A stretch of 64,000 bases of DNA, taken from Patescibacteria group bacterium UBA3533 (GTDB lineage: Bacteria > Patescibacteriota > Minisyncoccia > Phycocordibacterales > Phycocordibacteraceae). A program made the translations under genes and the position numbers. The stretch lies in assembly GCA_002376865.1 (NCBI GenBank), contig DFOU01000011.1, positions 16,969 to 80,968 on the forward strand. Direction: 5' to 3'. Position 1 is the stretch's first letter; every line of letters begins with the position of its first letter. Of this stretch, positions 9,729 through 19,498 are shown piece after piece. The notes beneath the pieces were generated by a model that saw nothing but the letters and a program-made list of their open reading frames with translations, made no database searches and was not told where the DNA came from.

Positions 9729-10337
9729 TTAAATTTTATCAATTAAATCCTTAAACTTTAGAAATTCTTTAACGAAGTCTTTTTTTATAGATTCTATATC
9801 TGAAAGTCCGGAAGGGTAATGCACATTCAAATGCGCGAGATATTTTTTGTCAGCACTCACCGGCTTTATTTCAAACATATATTTTTTTTCTTCCTCTATG
9901 AAATTAATGCTGACACCCGCTTGAGACACATGAACTAAATTAGCAATTTTTTTACTAATTAAATCTTTAACCTCAAAAGAGTCTTCTGAATTCACCAGGG
10001 CATCAAAATTAAATCCGTAAGATGTTACTTTTTTTTGAGAGATGATACCTTTTTCGAAAAAAAGATTTAGATCTTCCATTATTGATGTTTCGGTTGGATC
10101 TTGAGAGCCCTTATCATTTATTAAAACCCTAACATTTTCAAAAACAAAATCTTTTTTTAAATCTGGAACAATAATAACTTTAATCCCCGGCCCCTCTATT
10201 GTTGAAGAGTTTAAATCTTTTTGCTTATTACTTTCTTTTAGAAGATCAACCACGGTTGATCCTGAGATAACCTTTTGTTCAAGCGGCTCAGAAAACAAAG
10301 TTGTAATATTTAGCCCTTTGATACTTTCTATTCTCAT
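9729..10337 (-). CDS. Hypothetical protein resembling TIGR04255-like family
   Basis: VTSYGFNFD and HLNVHY motifs; first gene of AT-rich operon. Confidence 0.6.
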   Translation of the reverse strand: MRIESIKGLNITTLFSEPLEQKVISGSTVVDLLKESNKQKDLNSSTIEGPGIKVIIVPDLKKDFVFENVRVLINDKGSQDPTETSIMEDLNLFFEKGIISQKKVTSYGFNFDALVNSEDSFEVKDLISKKIANLVHVSQAGVSINFIEEEKKYMFEIKPVSADKKYLAHLNVHYPSGLSDIESIKKDFVKEFLKFKDLIDKI

Positions 10338-10370
10338 TACCTAGATAATATACTAAATAGTCACCTTTAC

Positions 10371-10886
10371 CTACAACCCCGCAGCCAAAATTCCCTTATT
10401 CACCTCAAGTATCAAATCTTCTGTTTTGTCTACGTTAGCCTCCTTGTCCGCATACCCAAGTGCAACAAGTATTTCAAAAGCAATCTCTGCCTCTTCCCTT
10501 TCAAAATCTATATCTTCCTCTCCTTTTACAAGCGCCTCTAACCTTTCATACACTTTTTGCTGCACCTCGTGCTCGGGTAACAATCTCCCCAGAAGACCAA
10601 GTATGTTTGCATATACTTTTTTACGCTCTCCTGTAAGGGTAAAGGAGTATTGCCGTACTTGATCCATTCCTTTAAGGCGCCAATTATATCTTCCACGAAT
10701 AAGAGAATAGATACTGTGTGTCCCAGGCTGCGTGCATGCAGCAAACGTAGCGCCCGCCCGCTTTGCAGCTTGTGCAATTACACGAATCTTTCCCAAGTCT
10801 TGGGTAAAGATAATTGCCTCTACAGAGTCTTCCTTATTGGGACGAGCTTTTAGTACGAATCCTGGAGTTGTGTACGTCTCATGCAT
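10371..10886 (-). CDS. recO: DNA repair protein RecO (short form)
   Basis: TPGFVLK..., FTQDLGKIRVIAQ N-terminal OB fold. Confidence 0.8.
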   Translation of the reverse strand: MHETYTTPGFVLKARPNKEDSVEAIIFTQDLGKIRVIAQAAKRAGATFAACTQPGTHSIYSLIRGRYNWRLKGMDQVRQYSFTLTGERKKVYANILGLLGRLLPEHEVQQKVYERLEALVKGEEDIDFEREEAEIAFEILVALGYADKEANVDKTEDLILEVNKGILAAGL

Positions 10887-13800
10887 GAACGACGTTTATC
10901 GTAAGTTGCTTCTCGCCAAGATCTACTTCTATTCCTCCAGGAAGCTCTTGTACGCGCTGGATAGTTTTAACTCCAGCAACACTCATAATTTCACTCTTGT
11001 ATGCATCTAGGAATGCTGCATTTCCTGCAATAGTTAGGATTGCAAAATCGTGTGGAGAGAAGTCCGCCTTCTTTCGTGCATCTTGTACCGCTCGTATAAA
11101 TTCTCGAACCATTCCCTTCTCCTTTAGCTCTGGAGTTAGTTCTGTATCAAGTTTAAGCTCTTCTCCATCGAGAATAATGTTCTCTACGTTTACTTCTTCC
11201 TTGATAAGAGCTTGGTATTCCTCTGTTAGAGAGATTCCTTTCTTTAGAGTGAGCGCATTGAGTGGCTGCCGTACTTTGTGCCCTGCAGTTTGTCGCATCA
11301 TAAGTGCATCACTTACGATAGTTCGTACTTCTTTCATAGTATCGAGTACTTCTTGGTCTATCTTCCCTGCTTCTGGCCAATCACATAGGTGTACACTCTC
11401 AGCATCACTCTCTTCTTTTAGTTCTCTATATAGATACTCTGCATAAAATGGCGTAGCAGGTGCCATTACCTTTGCAGTCTCCATAAGTACAAAGCGAAGT
11501 GTATGCATTGCATGCTCTGCATCTTCTCCTCCCTCTTTAATACGATCTCGAGAGCGCCTGACATACCATGTTGAAAGATCATCAAGGAAATCGAGAAGTG
11601 GGCGTGTGGCTTTATCAAATTCATATCCTTCATATCCTTTTGTTGTCTGATCTACAAGCTCATTTAGTCTTGAGATAATCCATGTATCAAGTACGTGCTT
11701 TGTTCCCTCTTTTCTCTGTACAGTGTCCTTATATAGATTGTAGAAAGAAAGTACGTTGTGCAGTCTTCCTACCACTTTTGAAGATGTTTCTTTTACACCT
11801 GCTTCTGAGAAAGAGAAGTCTTCTGCTCGTGATACAGGAGATGCGAGCATGTAGTACCGCACAGCATCTGCTCCATATTTATTGATTATCTCCATAGGAT
11901 CAGGATAGTTCTTGAGTTTCTTACTCATCTTCTGCCCATCCTCTGCAAGTACCGTTCCATTTACCACTACGTTTTCAAATGGTGCTTTTCCGAAGAGCCC
12001 TACGCCAAGAACGAGTAGTGAGTAGAACCACCCTCGTGTCTGATCGAGTCCCTCTGCAATATATTGTGCAGGATATCCCTTTGATTTACTAAAGAGTCCT
12101 CCCTTTGGATTAAATACATCTAAGTTGCTGTATGGATAGTTTTGCTGCGCATATGGCATTGATCCAGACTCAAACCAACAATCAAACACATCGAGGATCC
12201 GTGTGTACTCTTCTCCATCCTTCTCAAGCTTTATCTCATCAATATATGGACGATGGAAATCTAGCTCATAGTTTGCATTGTGTGGCAGCGCCACAAATGG
12301 AAGGTCCACTCGTGCTCCAGGCTCTGCGTGTGTCTTATCATGAATTTCCATTGAACGAGCACTGTTTGCTCCCTCAACAACTGCAGGAAGAATCTCCATT
12401 CCAATTCCATGCGTAACGATAAGAATCTTCTCATCTTGAAGCTGCGCTTCCTTCTCGTACATAAATTCTCCAAAGCGCTTCTTCACATCAAGGAAGCTCT
12501 CCCCTCCTGGGATAGTTGTCTCGTACGTGAAATCTTTCTCAATGAAATCAAAGTAATCTTTGATTGGCTTTCCTTGGAAATCTCCAAATCCAAGCTCGGC
12601 AAGTCGCTCATCAAAGACAACTTCGTCCTTTGAAAGGCCAATTTCTTCTGCAATTATTTCTGCTGTCTGCTTTGTTCGAAGGAATGGAGAAGCAAAGATT
12701 TTTGTAACTCCTTCTACTTTTAGCTTTGCGCCAGTCTCTTTTGCTAGCTTTACCCCTCTCTCAGTTAGCTTATACGGATCATCTTTATGTGCACTTACTA
12801 CATTTTTTACATTGTGCTCTCCCTCAGCGTGGCGCATTGCCATGTACGTGTTTCCTGACTTCTTTACGTGCGCCCGAAGATCCTCAACTCCACCCAATAC
12901 AATCTGATCTCCTTCTTCGTTCTCCCAGACAGGAAGAGGCGCTCCCCAGAAACGACTTCTTGAGATTGACCAGTCCTTTCCTCCCTTAAGCCAGTTACCG
13001 AATCGCTTAGATCCAACCTCTTTTGGCACCCAATGCACTTTGTCATTCTCCTTTACGAGTTGGTTCGTTATCTTTGGAGCGTTCACAAACCATGAGTCCA
13101 TCGCATAGTTTAGAAGCGGCTCATCTGTTCGCCATGAGTGTGGGTAGCTATGCTCAATCTTCTCTTTTTTGAAGAGTTTTCCAGCGTGTGCGAGCGCTTT
13201 GATGATTTCAATGTCAGTTGCTTGATGATTATCCTTTGGCTTTGCATCCATTCCGGCAAAGTCCCCTACTTCTTTTACAAACTTTCCACTCTTATTTACG
13301 TGGTGCACGATTGGCACACCTTCCTTTTGTGCAAGCTCAAGATCTTCTGCACCAAATGCTGGCGCTAGGTGTACTGCTCCTGTTCCAGAGTCTTCAGTTA
13401 CATAGTCTGCTGCATAGATTTTCCATGCATTCTCCTTCCCTTCTATCTCTTCGTTGAGGTAGTAGTTAAATGGAGGTTCGTATTCTTTCCCAACAAGATC
13501 CTTTCCTTTCATCTCTTCAAGGACTTCGTACTCCATTCCTTCAAAGAGTGAGAGTTTTTCTTTTGAAACAATGTACGTACCGTCTAGCTTTTCATCCCCT
13601 GTTACCTTTACCTTTGTATATACAAAATCAGGATTTACAGCAGCTGCCATGTTTCCAGGGAGTGTCCATGGTGTTGTGGTCCAGACAAGGAGTGAGGCGT
13701 TCATTCCTTTAATAGGTAGCGGTACTGTTACCGCAAAGTCTGTAATATCTTTATACCCTTGTGCTACTTCAATATTTGAAAGCTCTGTTCCCAGAAGTGG

Positions 13801-14337
13801 ACTTAGGTGGAGTGATTTAAATCCTTTATAGATAAGACCTTTATCATAGAGTGTTTTAAATGCCCACCACACACTCTCGGTATATGTTGGATCCATGGTT
13901 CGATAGTCATTGTCCATATCTACGAATCGTCCGATTCGCGGAATGAACTTCATCCAGTCATCTCTATACTGAAGCACTACCTTCTTTGCCTTCTCTACAA
14001 AGTTCTCAATTCCTACCTCTTCGATTATTTCCTGCTTAGTTGAAACACCAAACTCCTTCTCAACTTGTGCTTCAAGAGGAAGTCCATGACAGTCCCATCC
14101 CCAGCGACGCGGTACCGTATACCCCTTCATTGTCTTATACCGAGGAACAACATCCTTTAGAGTGCTCGCTAGTACGTGCCCATAGTGCGGGAGTCCTGTG
14201 GCAAATGGAGGTCCATCATAAAAAGTGAACGTCCCTTTGGGAGATTTTTTCTCTACAGATTTTTCAAAAATGCGCTCATTCTTCCAAAATTCCAGCATTT
14301 CTTCCTCTCGCTTCGAGAAGTCACTTTTGTCGCTCAT
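10879..14337 (-). CDS. ileS: Isoleucine--tRNA ligase (type 2) with inserted histidine-phosphatase domain
   Basis: DGPPFATGLPHYGH, WTTTPWTLP, EGLDQTRGWF, KMSKK; start refined to MSDKS. Confidence 0.97.
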   Translation of the reverse strand: MSDKSDFSKREEEMLEFWKNERIFEKSVEKKSPKGTFTFYDGPPFATGLPHYGHVLASTLKDVVPRYKTMKGYTVPRRWGWDCHGLPLEAQVEKEFGVSTKQEIIEEVGIENFVEKAKKVVLQYRDDWMKFIPRIGRFVDMDNDYRTMDPTYTESVWWAFKTLYDKGLIYKGFKSLHLSPLLGTELSNIEVAQGYKDITDFAVTVPLPIKGMNASLLVWTTTPWTLPGNMAAAVNPDFVYTKVKVTGDEKLDGTYIVSKEKLSLFEGMEYEVLEEMKGKDLVGKEYEPPFNYYLNEEIEGKENAWKIYAADYVTEDSGTGAVHLAPAFGAEDLELAQKEGVPIVHHVNKSGKFVKEVGDFAGMDAKPKDNHQATDIEIIKALAHAGKLFKKEKIEHSYPHSWRTDEPLLNYAMDSWFVNAPKITNQLVKENDKVHWVPKEVGSKRFGNWLKGGKDWSISRSRFWGAPLPVWENEEGDQIVLGGVEDLRAHVKKSGNTYMAMRHAEGEHNVKNVVSAHKDDPYKLTERGVKLAKETGAKLKVEGVTKIFASPFLRTKQTAEIIAEEIGLSKDEVVFDERLAELGFGDFQGKPIKDYFDFIEKDFTYETTIPGGESFLDVKKRFGEFMYEKEAQLQDEKILIVTHGIGMEILPAVVEGANSARSMEIHDKTHAEPGARVDLPFVALPHNANYELDFHRPYIDEIKLEKDGEEYTRILDVFDCWFESGSMPYAQQNYPYSNLDVFNPKGGLFSKSKGYPAQYIAEGLDQTRGWFYSLLVLGVGLFGKAPFENVVVNGTVLAEDGQKMSKKLKNYPDPMEIINKYGADAVRYYMLASPVSRAEDFSFSEAGVKETSSKVVGRLHNVLSFYNLYKDTVQRKEGTKHVLDTWIISRLNELVDQTTKGYEGYEFDKATRPLLDFLDDLSTWYVRRSRDRIKEGGEDAEHAMHTLRFVLMETAKVMAPATPFYAEYLYRELKEESDAESVHLCDWPEAGKIDQEVLDTMKEVRTIVSDALMMRQTAGHKVRQPLNALTLKKGISLTEEYQALIKEEVNVENIILDGEELKLDTELTPELKEKGMVREFIRAVQDARKKADFSPHDFAILTIAGNAAFLDAYKSEIMSVAGVKTIQRVQELPGGIEVDLGEKQLTINVVHA

Positions 14338-14408
14338 ATAAAGGATATAGTAGCAGGATGTATAAAAAGTGAAAGACCGCACAATTGTGCGGTCCTCCCC
14401 AAAGATCA

Positions 14409-14660
14409 TCAAGCGGCTTGCGAAAGCCAGACATGGCCGGTGCCATTTTGCTGACGCCTCAGTCCACGTGCATTTAAAAATGCATCTTGAATGGAGACAT
14501 CGACCTGGCCTGGATCGGTGATGGTAATAACCGAACCTTCCATGGGGATCAATCCCTCCTTTTCACAGTGAATTTCAACAGGTCCCTTTTTCAAGAGCTT
14601 GTTGATGTCGCGCGCGAGCGTGCGCTGCGCACTTGGCCCATATGGACGACATTTCGACAA
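14409..14660 (-). CDS. Small hypothetical protein
   Basis: GGAGGAG SD, TGCTATATT -10, terminator 14373-14395. Confidence 0.5.
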   Translation of the reverse strand: MSKCRPYGPSAQRTLARDINKLLKKGPVEIHCEKEGLIPMEGSVITITDPGQVDVSIQDAFLNARGLRRQQNGTGHVWLSQAA

Positions 14661-14730
14661 TTTTCACTCCTCCCTTAAATGAACAGAAAGAAGAATATAG
14701 CATGATTTTACAAAAGGAAAAGGTCGAGTA

Positions 14731-14940
14731 TTAACACTCGACCCCTCCCCGACGAATGAAGTGTGCGCGAAGCTGTTGGATTTCTACATCACGGGCAGAA
14801 TCCCCTGGCGGCGGAATAAATATCCCTGGAGCTTTAGTGCCTGTCTTTCTAACACGCACGTTGCCTACGTTGCCATTTAAATACTCAACACACTCTTCGA
14901 TTGTCGGGAAGTCCAGTTCAGGAATTTCTTTACTGGACAT
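14731..14940 (-). CDS. Small hypothetical protein
   Basis: AAGGAGG SD, TGCTATAAT -10, hairpin over stop. Confidence 0.55.
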   Translation of the reverse strand: MSSKEIPELDFPTIEECVEYLNGNVGNVRVRKTGTKAPGIFIPPPGDSARDVEIQQLRAHFIRRGGVEC

Positions 14941-14983
14941 TCTCTCCTCCTTTGTAGAACCTCTAAAATTAAATTATAGCACC

Positions 14984-16615
14984 CTACATCTTCTCTGGAG
15001 CCTCTATTCCCAGAAGCCATAGTCCGTTTGTCATCGTTAGGACAAATGCCTCAATAAGCAGAAGTTTGTATCCCTCATACTCTCCTCCAAGGATCTTCTC
15101 TTTTGCATAGAAACTATTAAATTCAGAAGCAAGTTCTGTTAGGAATCCTGTTACGTGGTGTGGCTCATACTTTTCTTGTGCACGAGCAACAACCTCTGGG
15201 AATCTATACAGAATCTTCTCAAGATCATATGGCTGCTCTGGAGCAACTGCATCTGCATCATCTTTTGAAGAGTCAGCAAGGATTTTCTTTGCTCGTACGA
15301 GAGCGTACTGCAGATACGGCCCTGAATCTCCCTCGGTAGAAAGTGAGTTGTTTACATCAAAGACAATGTCTCCTCCTGGCTGCTGCCGCAGAATACTGTA
15401 CTTAATTGCAGCTACTGCTACTTTCCGTGCAGTTTCTTCATCAGAATTCTGCTCTTTTACTTTCTCTACAAGATTATCGATAAGAGACTTCGCCGTTACG
15501 ATATCTCCTGTTCTTGAGCTCATCTTTCCTTCAGAGAGCTTCATCAAACCATTTGAAAGGTGCGTGATCTTTTCTGCCTGCTCTGGATGAATCTCAGAGA
15601 GAGCTTCCTTGATTACCTTGAAGTACTCTGCCTGCTCTTTTCCAGTTAGGATGATCGATTGATTGTGCTCCCACCACTCGTCCTTGATAGTTTCAAGCCC
15701 AAGCTCCTTTGCTTCATACGTTGGTGTTCCCTGCTTTGTTTTAAATACTCGAGTATGTAGCCCCTTCTTTTCTCCCTCATATACGATAGCTCCATCACTC
15801 TCTACGAAAACTCCTTTTTTAATTCCTTCCTCTACCACCTTCATTCCAACAGGCGCTGACTCACTTTCGAAAATAAATCGATCTAATTTTATATCTAAAG
15901 TATCAAGAACTTCTTGCACTCCTTCTATTGAAATCTTCCTTCCTTCCTCATGCTCTTTCATGAGATCTTTGTCTTCTCCTGCATAGATAGCTTTATTGAG
16001 TGTATCTATCTCTTCTTTTGCAGATTCATTCTCTTCGTATTCTTTTGCACCAAGAGCATATGCTTCTCCAATTACAGCAGGAGAGAGCTCTTTCCCAAGT
16101 TTTCGCAGTCCATAGATGGCCTTTGCAGCATGTGGCCCCACATCTCCTCCATATGATTCCTTTTTAACTTCTGCTCCAGAGAATTGGAGAAGCCGTGCAA
16201 TAGATTCTCCAATAGTTGCCCCCATAAGGTGCCCAATGTGAAGCTGCTTAAATGCATTAGCATTTACATACTCCATGATCACTTTGTGATCTACATTATT
16301 AGTATTGCTTCCCCACAGCCTACCGAGTGATCCAATTACCTTAAGAGATCCCGTGAAGAACTCACGAGAGAGTTTGAAGTTAATAAACCCAGGACCTGCA
16401 ATAGATACTTCCTCCACAAATGGAAGGTCAATCTTTTTTACAATCTCTTCTGCAAGTTCCTTTGGATTTACTCCCCGCTCTTTAGCAAGAGTCATGGCTA
16501 TGTTTGTTGCATAGTCTCCATGACTTAGATCTTGAGGGTGCTCAAGATGTACTGAAGAAGCCTCCACATCTGCTGCGGCAGCTACTGCTTTTTGTAGTTC
16601 TTTTACGAGATCCAT
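14984..16615 (-). CDS. argS: Arginine--tRNA ligase
   Basis: HGDYATN, AGPGFINF, LHIGH, KMSSR, GPYLQY. Confidence 0.97.
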   Translation of the reverse strand: MDLVKELQKAVAAAADVEASSVHLEHPQDLSHGDYATNIAMTLAKERGVNPKELAEEIVKKIDLPFVEEVSIAGPGFINFKLSREFFTGSLKVIGSLGRLWGSNTNNVDHKVIMEYVNANAFKQLHIGHLMGATIGESIARLLQFSGAEVKKESYGGDVGPHAAKAIYGLRKLGKELSPAVIGEAYALGAKEYEENESAKEEIDTLNKAIYAGEDKDLMKEHEEGRKISIEGVQEVLDTLDIKLDRFIFESESAPVGMKVVEEGIKKGVFVESDGAIVYEGEKKGLHTRVFKTKQGTPTYEAKELGLETIKDEWWEHNQSIILTGKEQAEYFKVIKEALSEIHPEQAEKITHLSNGLMKLSEGKMSSRTGDIVTAKSLIDNLVEKVKEQNSDEETARKVAVAAIKYSILRQQPGGDIVFDVNNSLSTEGDSGPYLQYALVRAKKILADSSKDDADAVAPEQPYDLEKILYRFPEVVARAQEKYEPHHVTGFLTELASEFNSFYAKEKILGGEYEGYKLLLIEAFVLTMTNGLWLLGIEAPEKM

Positions 16616-16624
16616 GTATGCACT

Positions 16625-17875
16625 CTATACAAAAATCTGCGGAATGGGAAACTTTTCACAAAGCTCTTCCACCTTTTTCCGCACCTCCCCTGCTTTGCTT
16701 GTGTCTTTTAGTACTTCAACCATCCACTGCGCTACCAACTTACTTTCAGCTTCTTTAAACTTTCTTGTTGTTATAGCTGGTGTTCCAAACCTGATTCCAG
16801 ATGGATCAAGTGGTGGACGAGTATCGTCCGCAATAGCATTTTTATTAAGCGTAATACCTGCCTCATCAAGCGCATGCTCAGCCTCTGCTCCTGTAATGCC
16901 AAATGAAGTATGTACATCAAGGAGTATGAGGTGATTGCTTGTCCCTCCTGTTAGCATTCTTGCTCCAGCTTCCTTAAACACTTCCTCCATTGCCTTTGCA
17001 TTTTTAATTACCTGCTCTGCATATTCTTTAAACTGTGGGGTTAGTGCTTCTCCAAAGCACACTGCTTTTGCTGCAATCTGATGCATATGAGGACCACCCT
17101 GGAATCCTGGGAACATTGCCTTATCTACTTTCTTTGCAATTTCTCCCTTCTCTCTTATGAGGATCATTCCACCTCGAGGTCCTCGAAGAGTCTTATGTGT
17201 CGTTGTAGTCATTACATCAAATCCATAATCAAATGGATTCTCGTGTGCTCCTCCTGCGATAAGCCCTGCAATATGCGCCACGTCTGCTACCGTGTACGCA
17301 CCAACTTCATCTGCAATCTCTTTAAACTTTTTCCAATCAAGTTCTCGTGGATATGCTGAGAATCCTGCAAGGATAATTTTTGGCTTCTCTTTTAGAGCTA
17401 CTTCTCGAAGCTCGTCATAATCAATCTCCCCTGTCTCTACATCCTTCATCTTGTACCGTACAAAATTAAAGATCTTTGCAATTGCTGTAACAGGGTGCCC
17501 ATGTGTTAGATGCCCTCCATGACTTAGGTCCATTCCGAGCACCGTGTCTCCTGGCTCAAGCAAAGCAAAGTAGAGTCCAATGTTTGCATTTGCTCCTCCC
17601 AAGGGCTGTACGTTTGCGTGCTCACACTTGAAGAGCTTCTTTGCTCGCTCAATAGCAAGCAATTCTACTTTGTCCGTAAATTCTTGTCCGCCATAGTATC
17701 GCTTTCCTGGATACCCTTCTGAGTATTTATTGGTTAGTACTGAAGACATCGTCTCTCGCACTGCAGCAGATACATAGTTCTCAGACGGAATGAGTTCAAG
17801 ACCTTTATCCTGTCGCTCCTCTTCCCCTTCGAGAATCTCTAGCACTTCTTTGTCCTGTTTTTTTAGATATTCCAT
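16625..17875 (-). CDS. glyA: Serine hydroxymethyltransferase
   Basis: NKYSEGYPGKRYYGG, TTTHKTLRGPRGG. Confidence 0.98.
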   Translation of the reverse strand: MEYLKKQDKEVLEILEGEEERQDKGLELIPSENYVSAAVRETMSSVLTNKYSEGYPGKRYYGGQEFTDKVELLAIERAKKLFKCEHANVQPLGGANANIGLYFALLEPGDTVLGMDLSHGGHLTHGHPVTAIAKIFNFVRYKMKDVETGEIDYDELREVALKEKPKIILAGFSAYPRELDWKKFKEIADEVGAYTVADVAHIAGLIAGGAHENPFDYGFDVMTTTTHKTLRGPRGGMILIREKGEIAKKVDKAMFPGFQGGPHMHQIAAKAVCFGEALTPQFKEYAEQVIKNAKAMEEVFKEAGARMLTGGTSNHLILLDVHTSFGITGAEAEHALDEAGITLNKNAIADDTRPPLDPSGIRFGTPAITTRKFKEAESKLVAQWMVEVLKDTSKAGEVRKKVEELCEKFPIPQIFV

Positions 17876-17876
17876 A

Positions 17877-18278
17877 TTATTTTTTACATTTACATCCCTT
17901 TAAATTTGCTTGGTATAAAATTGCGTTTGGATCTTTTACGAACTTCCCATCAACCAACTCTCCTGTACGTGAATTAATTTCTTTGCATACCTCTTCCATT
18001 ATTGCCGCAGGCTCATATCCCTGCTTCTTGAGTGCCCCGATGGCAAAAACAATAATGTCAGCCCACGCATCTGCAATTTCTTCTTCTGGTGCCTCTGTGT
18101 CGCCAACAATTTCTTCTGCATAGTGAGCGGCGCGCTCTCGTGCAGTTACACTGTCATACTTCCCAGTGCTTTCTAGAAGCTCTTCAAGAATAAATGAGGT
18201 TTCTTTTTTGTGATTGAATCCTTTCTCGAGAAGCCCTCGCTCTTTATTCCAATCAATTATGTTTTCAAATACATTCAT
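17877..18278 (-). CDS. MazG-like nucleotide pyrophosphohydrolase
   Basis: EELLE...DAWADIIVF...EINSRTG..GKFVK. Confidence 0.75.
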   Translation of the reverse strand: MNVFENIIDWNKERGLLEKGFNHKKETSFILEELLESTGKYDSVTARERAAHYAEEIVGDTEAPEEEIADAWADIIVFAIGALKKQGYEPAAIMEEVCKEINSRTGELVDGKFVKDPNAILYQANLKGCKCKK

Positions 18279-18281
18279 AAG

Positions 18282-18713
18282 TTATTTTCCAGTACTTCCA
18301 AAGCCCCCTTCTCCTCTCTCTGTCTCATCCAAAGATTCAACTTCCTCAAAATCAGCGTGCGCAACTTCTTGCAAAAGCATTTGCGCCACCTTATCTCCCA
18401 CATCAAAGGTGTGCGCCTCTGTTCCGTGATTGATGATACCCACTTTTATCTCTCCCCTATACCCAGCATCAATAACTCCCCCGAGCACTTTAAGTCCTCG
18501 CTTTATTGCATTTCCGCTCTTATCCCAGATAAGGCCCACATACCCTTCAGGAATCGCCATAGCAAGTCCTGTTGGCACAGCCTTATATTCTCCTGGACTG
18601 ATAGTTACACCTTCTGTGCTACAAAGATCCATTCCAGCATCATCACTGTGAGCAAACTCTGGCACTTTGGCTGCCTCATGGAGTTTCTGTACTTGTATCT
18701 TGAGCTTCTTCAT
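18282..18713 (-). CDS. dut: dUTP diphosphatase
   Basis: AGMDL, GVIDAGYRGE, RGEGGFGSTG. Confidence 0.97.
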   Translation of the reverse strand: MKKLKIQVQKLHEAAKVPEFAHSDDAGMDLCSTEGVTISPGEYKAVPTGLAMAIPEGYVGLIWDKSGNAIKRGLKVLGGVIDAGYRGEIKVGIINHGTEAHTFDVGDKVAQMLLQEVAHADFEEVESLDETERGEGGFGSTGK

Positions 18714-18748
18714 ATCTGGATGTTCTGCTGTTTAGTTTCTCTATTCTA

Positions 18749-19441
18749 TCACGCTCTATTTTTTAGGATATTTTGCACCAGAGCCCATAATTCCTCATGA
18801 ATATCTTCCCGTGTTCGAGGCTTTCCACGCTGCGCACACGCAATTCTGTACCAAGCATTTAATTTCTTAACTATTGAAAGTGCTCTCTTTCGAGAATTTT
18901 CTTGGTATTCAAGACTCTCTTCCGTTGCGTCTTTCTTTCCTTTTGTATATTCCTTTCCTTTCTTTGCTTCTTTTAGGAGTTCTGCGGCAACTTTAACTGG
19001 CATGTCTAAATAGATAATGGCATCGGGGCGCGGAATTTTAAAAACACCATGTTCCATCTCATCAAGCCATGTAAGGAATGTTTTTAGTTTCTTTGCGTCT
19101 TGGATTTTCCCTCCTTGATGTATTTGGTTTGCACTTACATACCGATCAAGAATCACGGTATATCCTTTTTTCATCCAGTCTTCTATTTTCTTTTTTGATT
19201 CAAACCTATCTGCAGCATACAAAACCGATGCAATGTGCGGATCAGTCTTTAGGAAATCTCCATGGTCTCCAACAAGACACTCTCCTATTAGCTTCCCAAA
19301 GAAATTATTTTCGTAGTGAGGGAAATCCAGAGTACGTACAGGAATCTTTTCTTTTTTTAGACGTTTTAGAAGAAGTTCCGTTTGCGTTGCCTTTCCACTT
19401 CCATCTCCGCCATCCAGTACTATCAGTTTTCCGCGCTTCAT
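18749..19441 (-). CDS. tmk: Thymidylate kinase
   Basis: DGGDGSGKATQ P-loop, DRY. Confidence 0.92.
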   Translation of the reverse strand: MKRGKLIVLDGGDGSGKATQTELLLKRLKKEKIPVRTLDFPHYENNFFGKLIGECLVGDHGDFLKTDPHIASVLYAADRFESKKKIEDWMKKGYTVILDRYVSANQIHQGGKIQDAKKLKTFLTWLDEMEHGVFKIPRPDAIIYLDMPVKVAAELLKEAKKGKEYTKGKKDATEESLEYQENSRKRALSIVKKLNAWYRIACAQRGKPRTREDIHEELWALVQNILKNRA

Positions 19442-19498
19442 ATTGGAGCAATTGTACCTTATTTTGTTAATTTTTGAGCGTGGTAAAATTCTCTCTAT

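Noticed and set aside
12260-12870. Intein in IleRS
   Set aside because: No Cys/Ser start with His-Asn end and no LAGLIDADG motifs; the insert matches a histidine phosphatase
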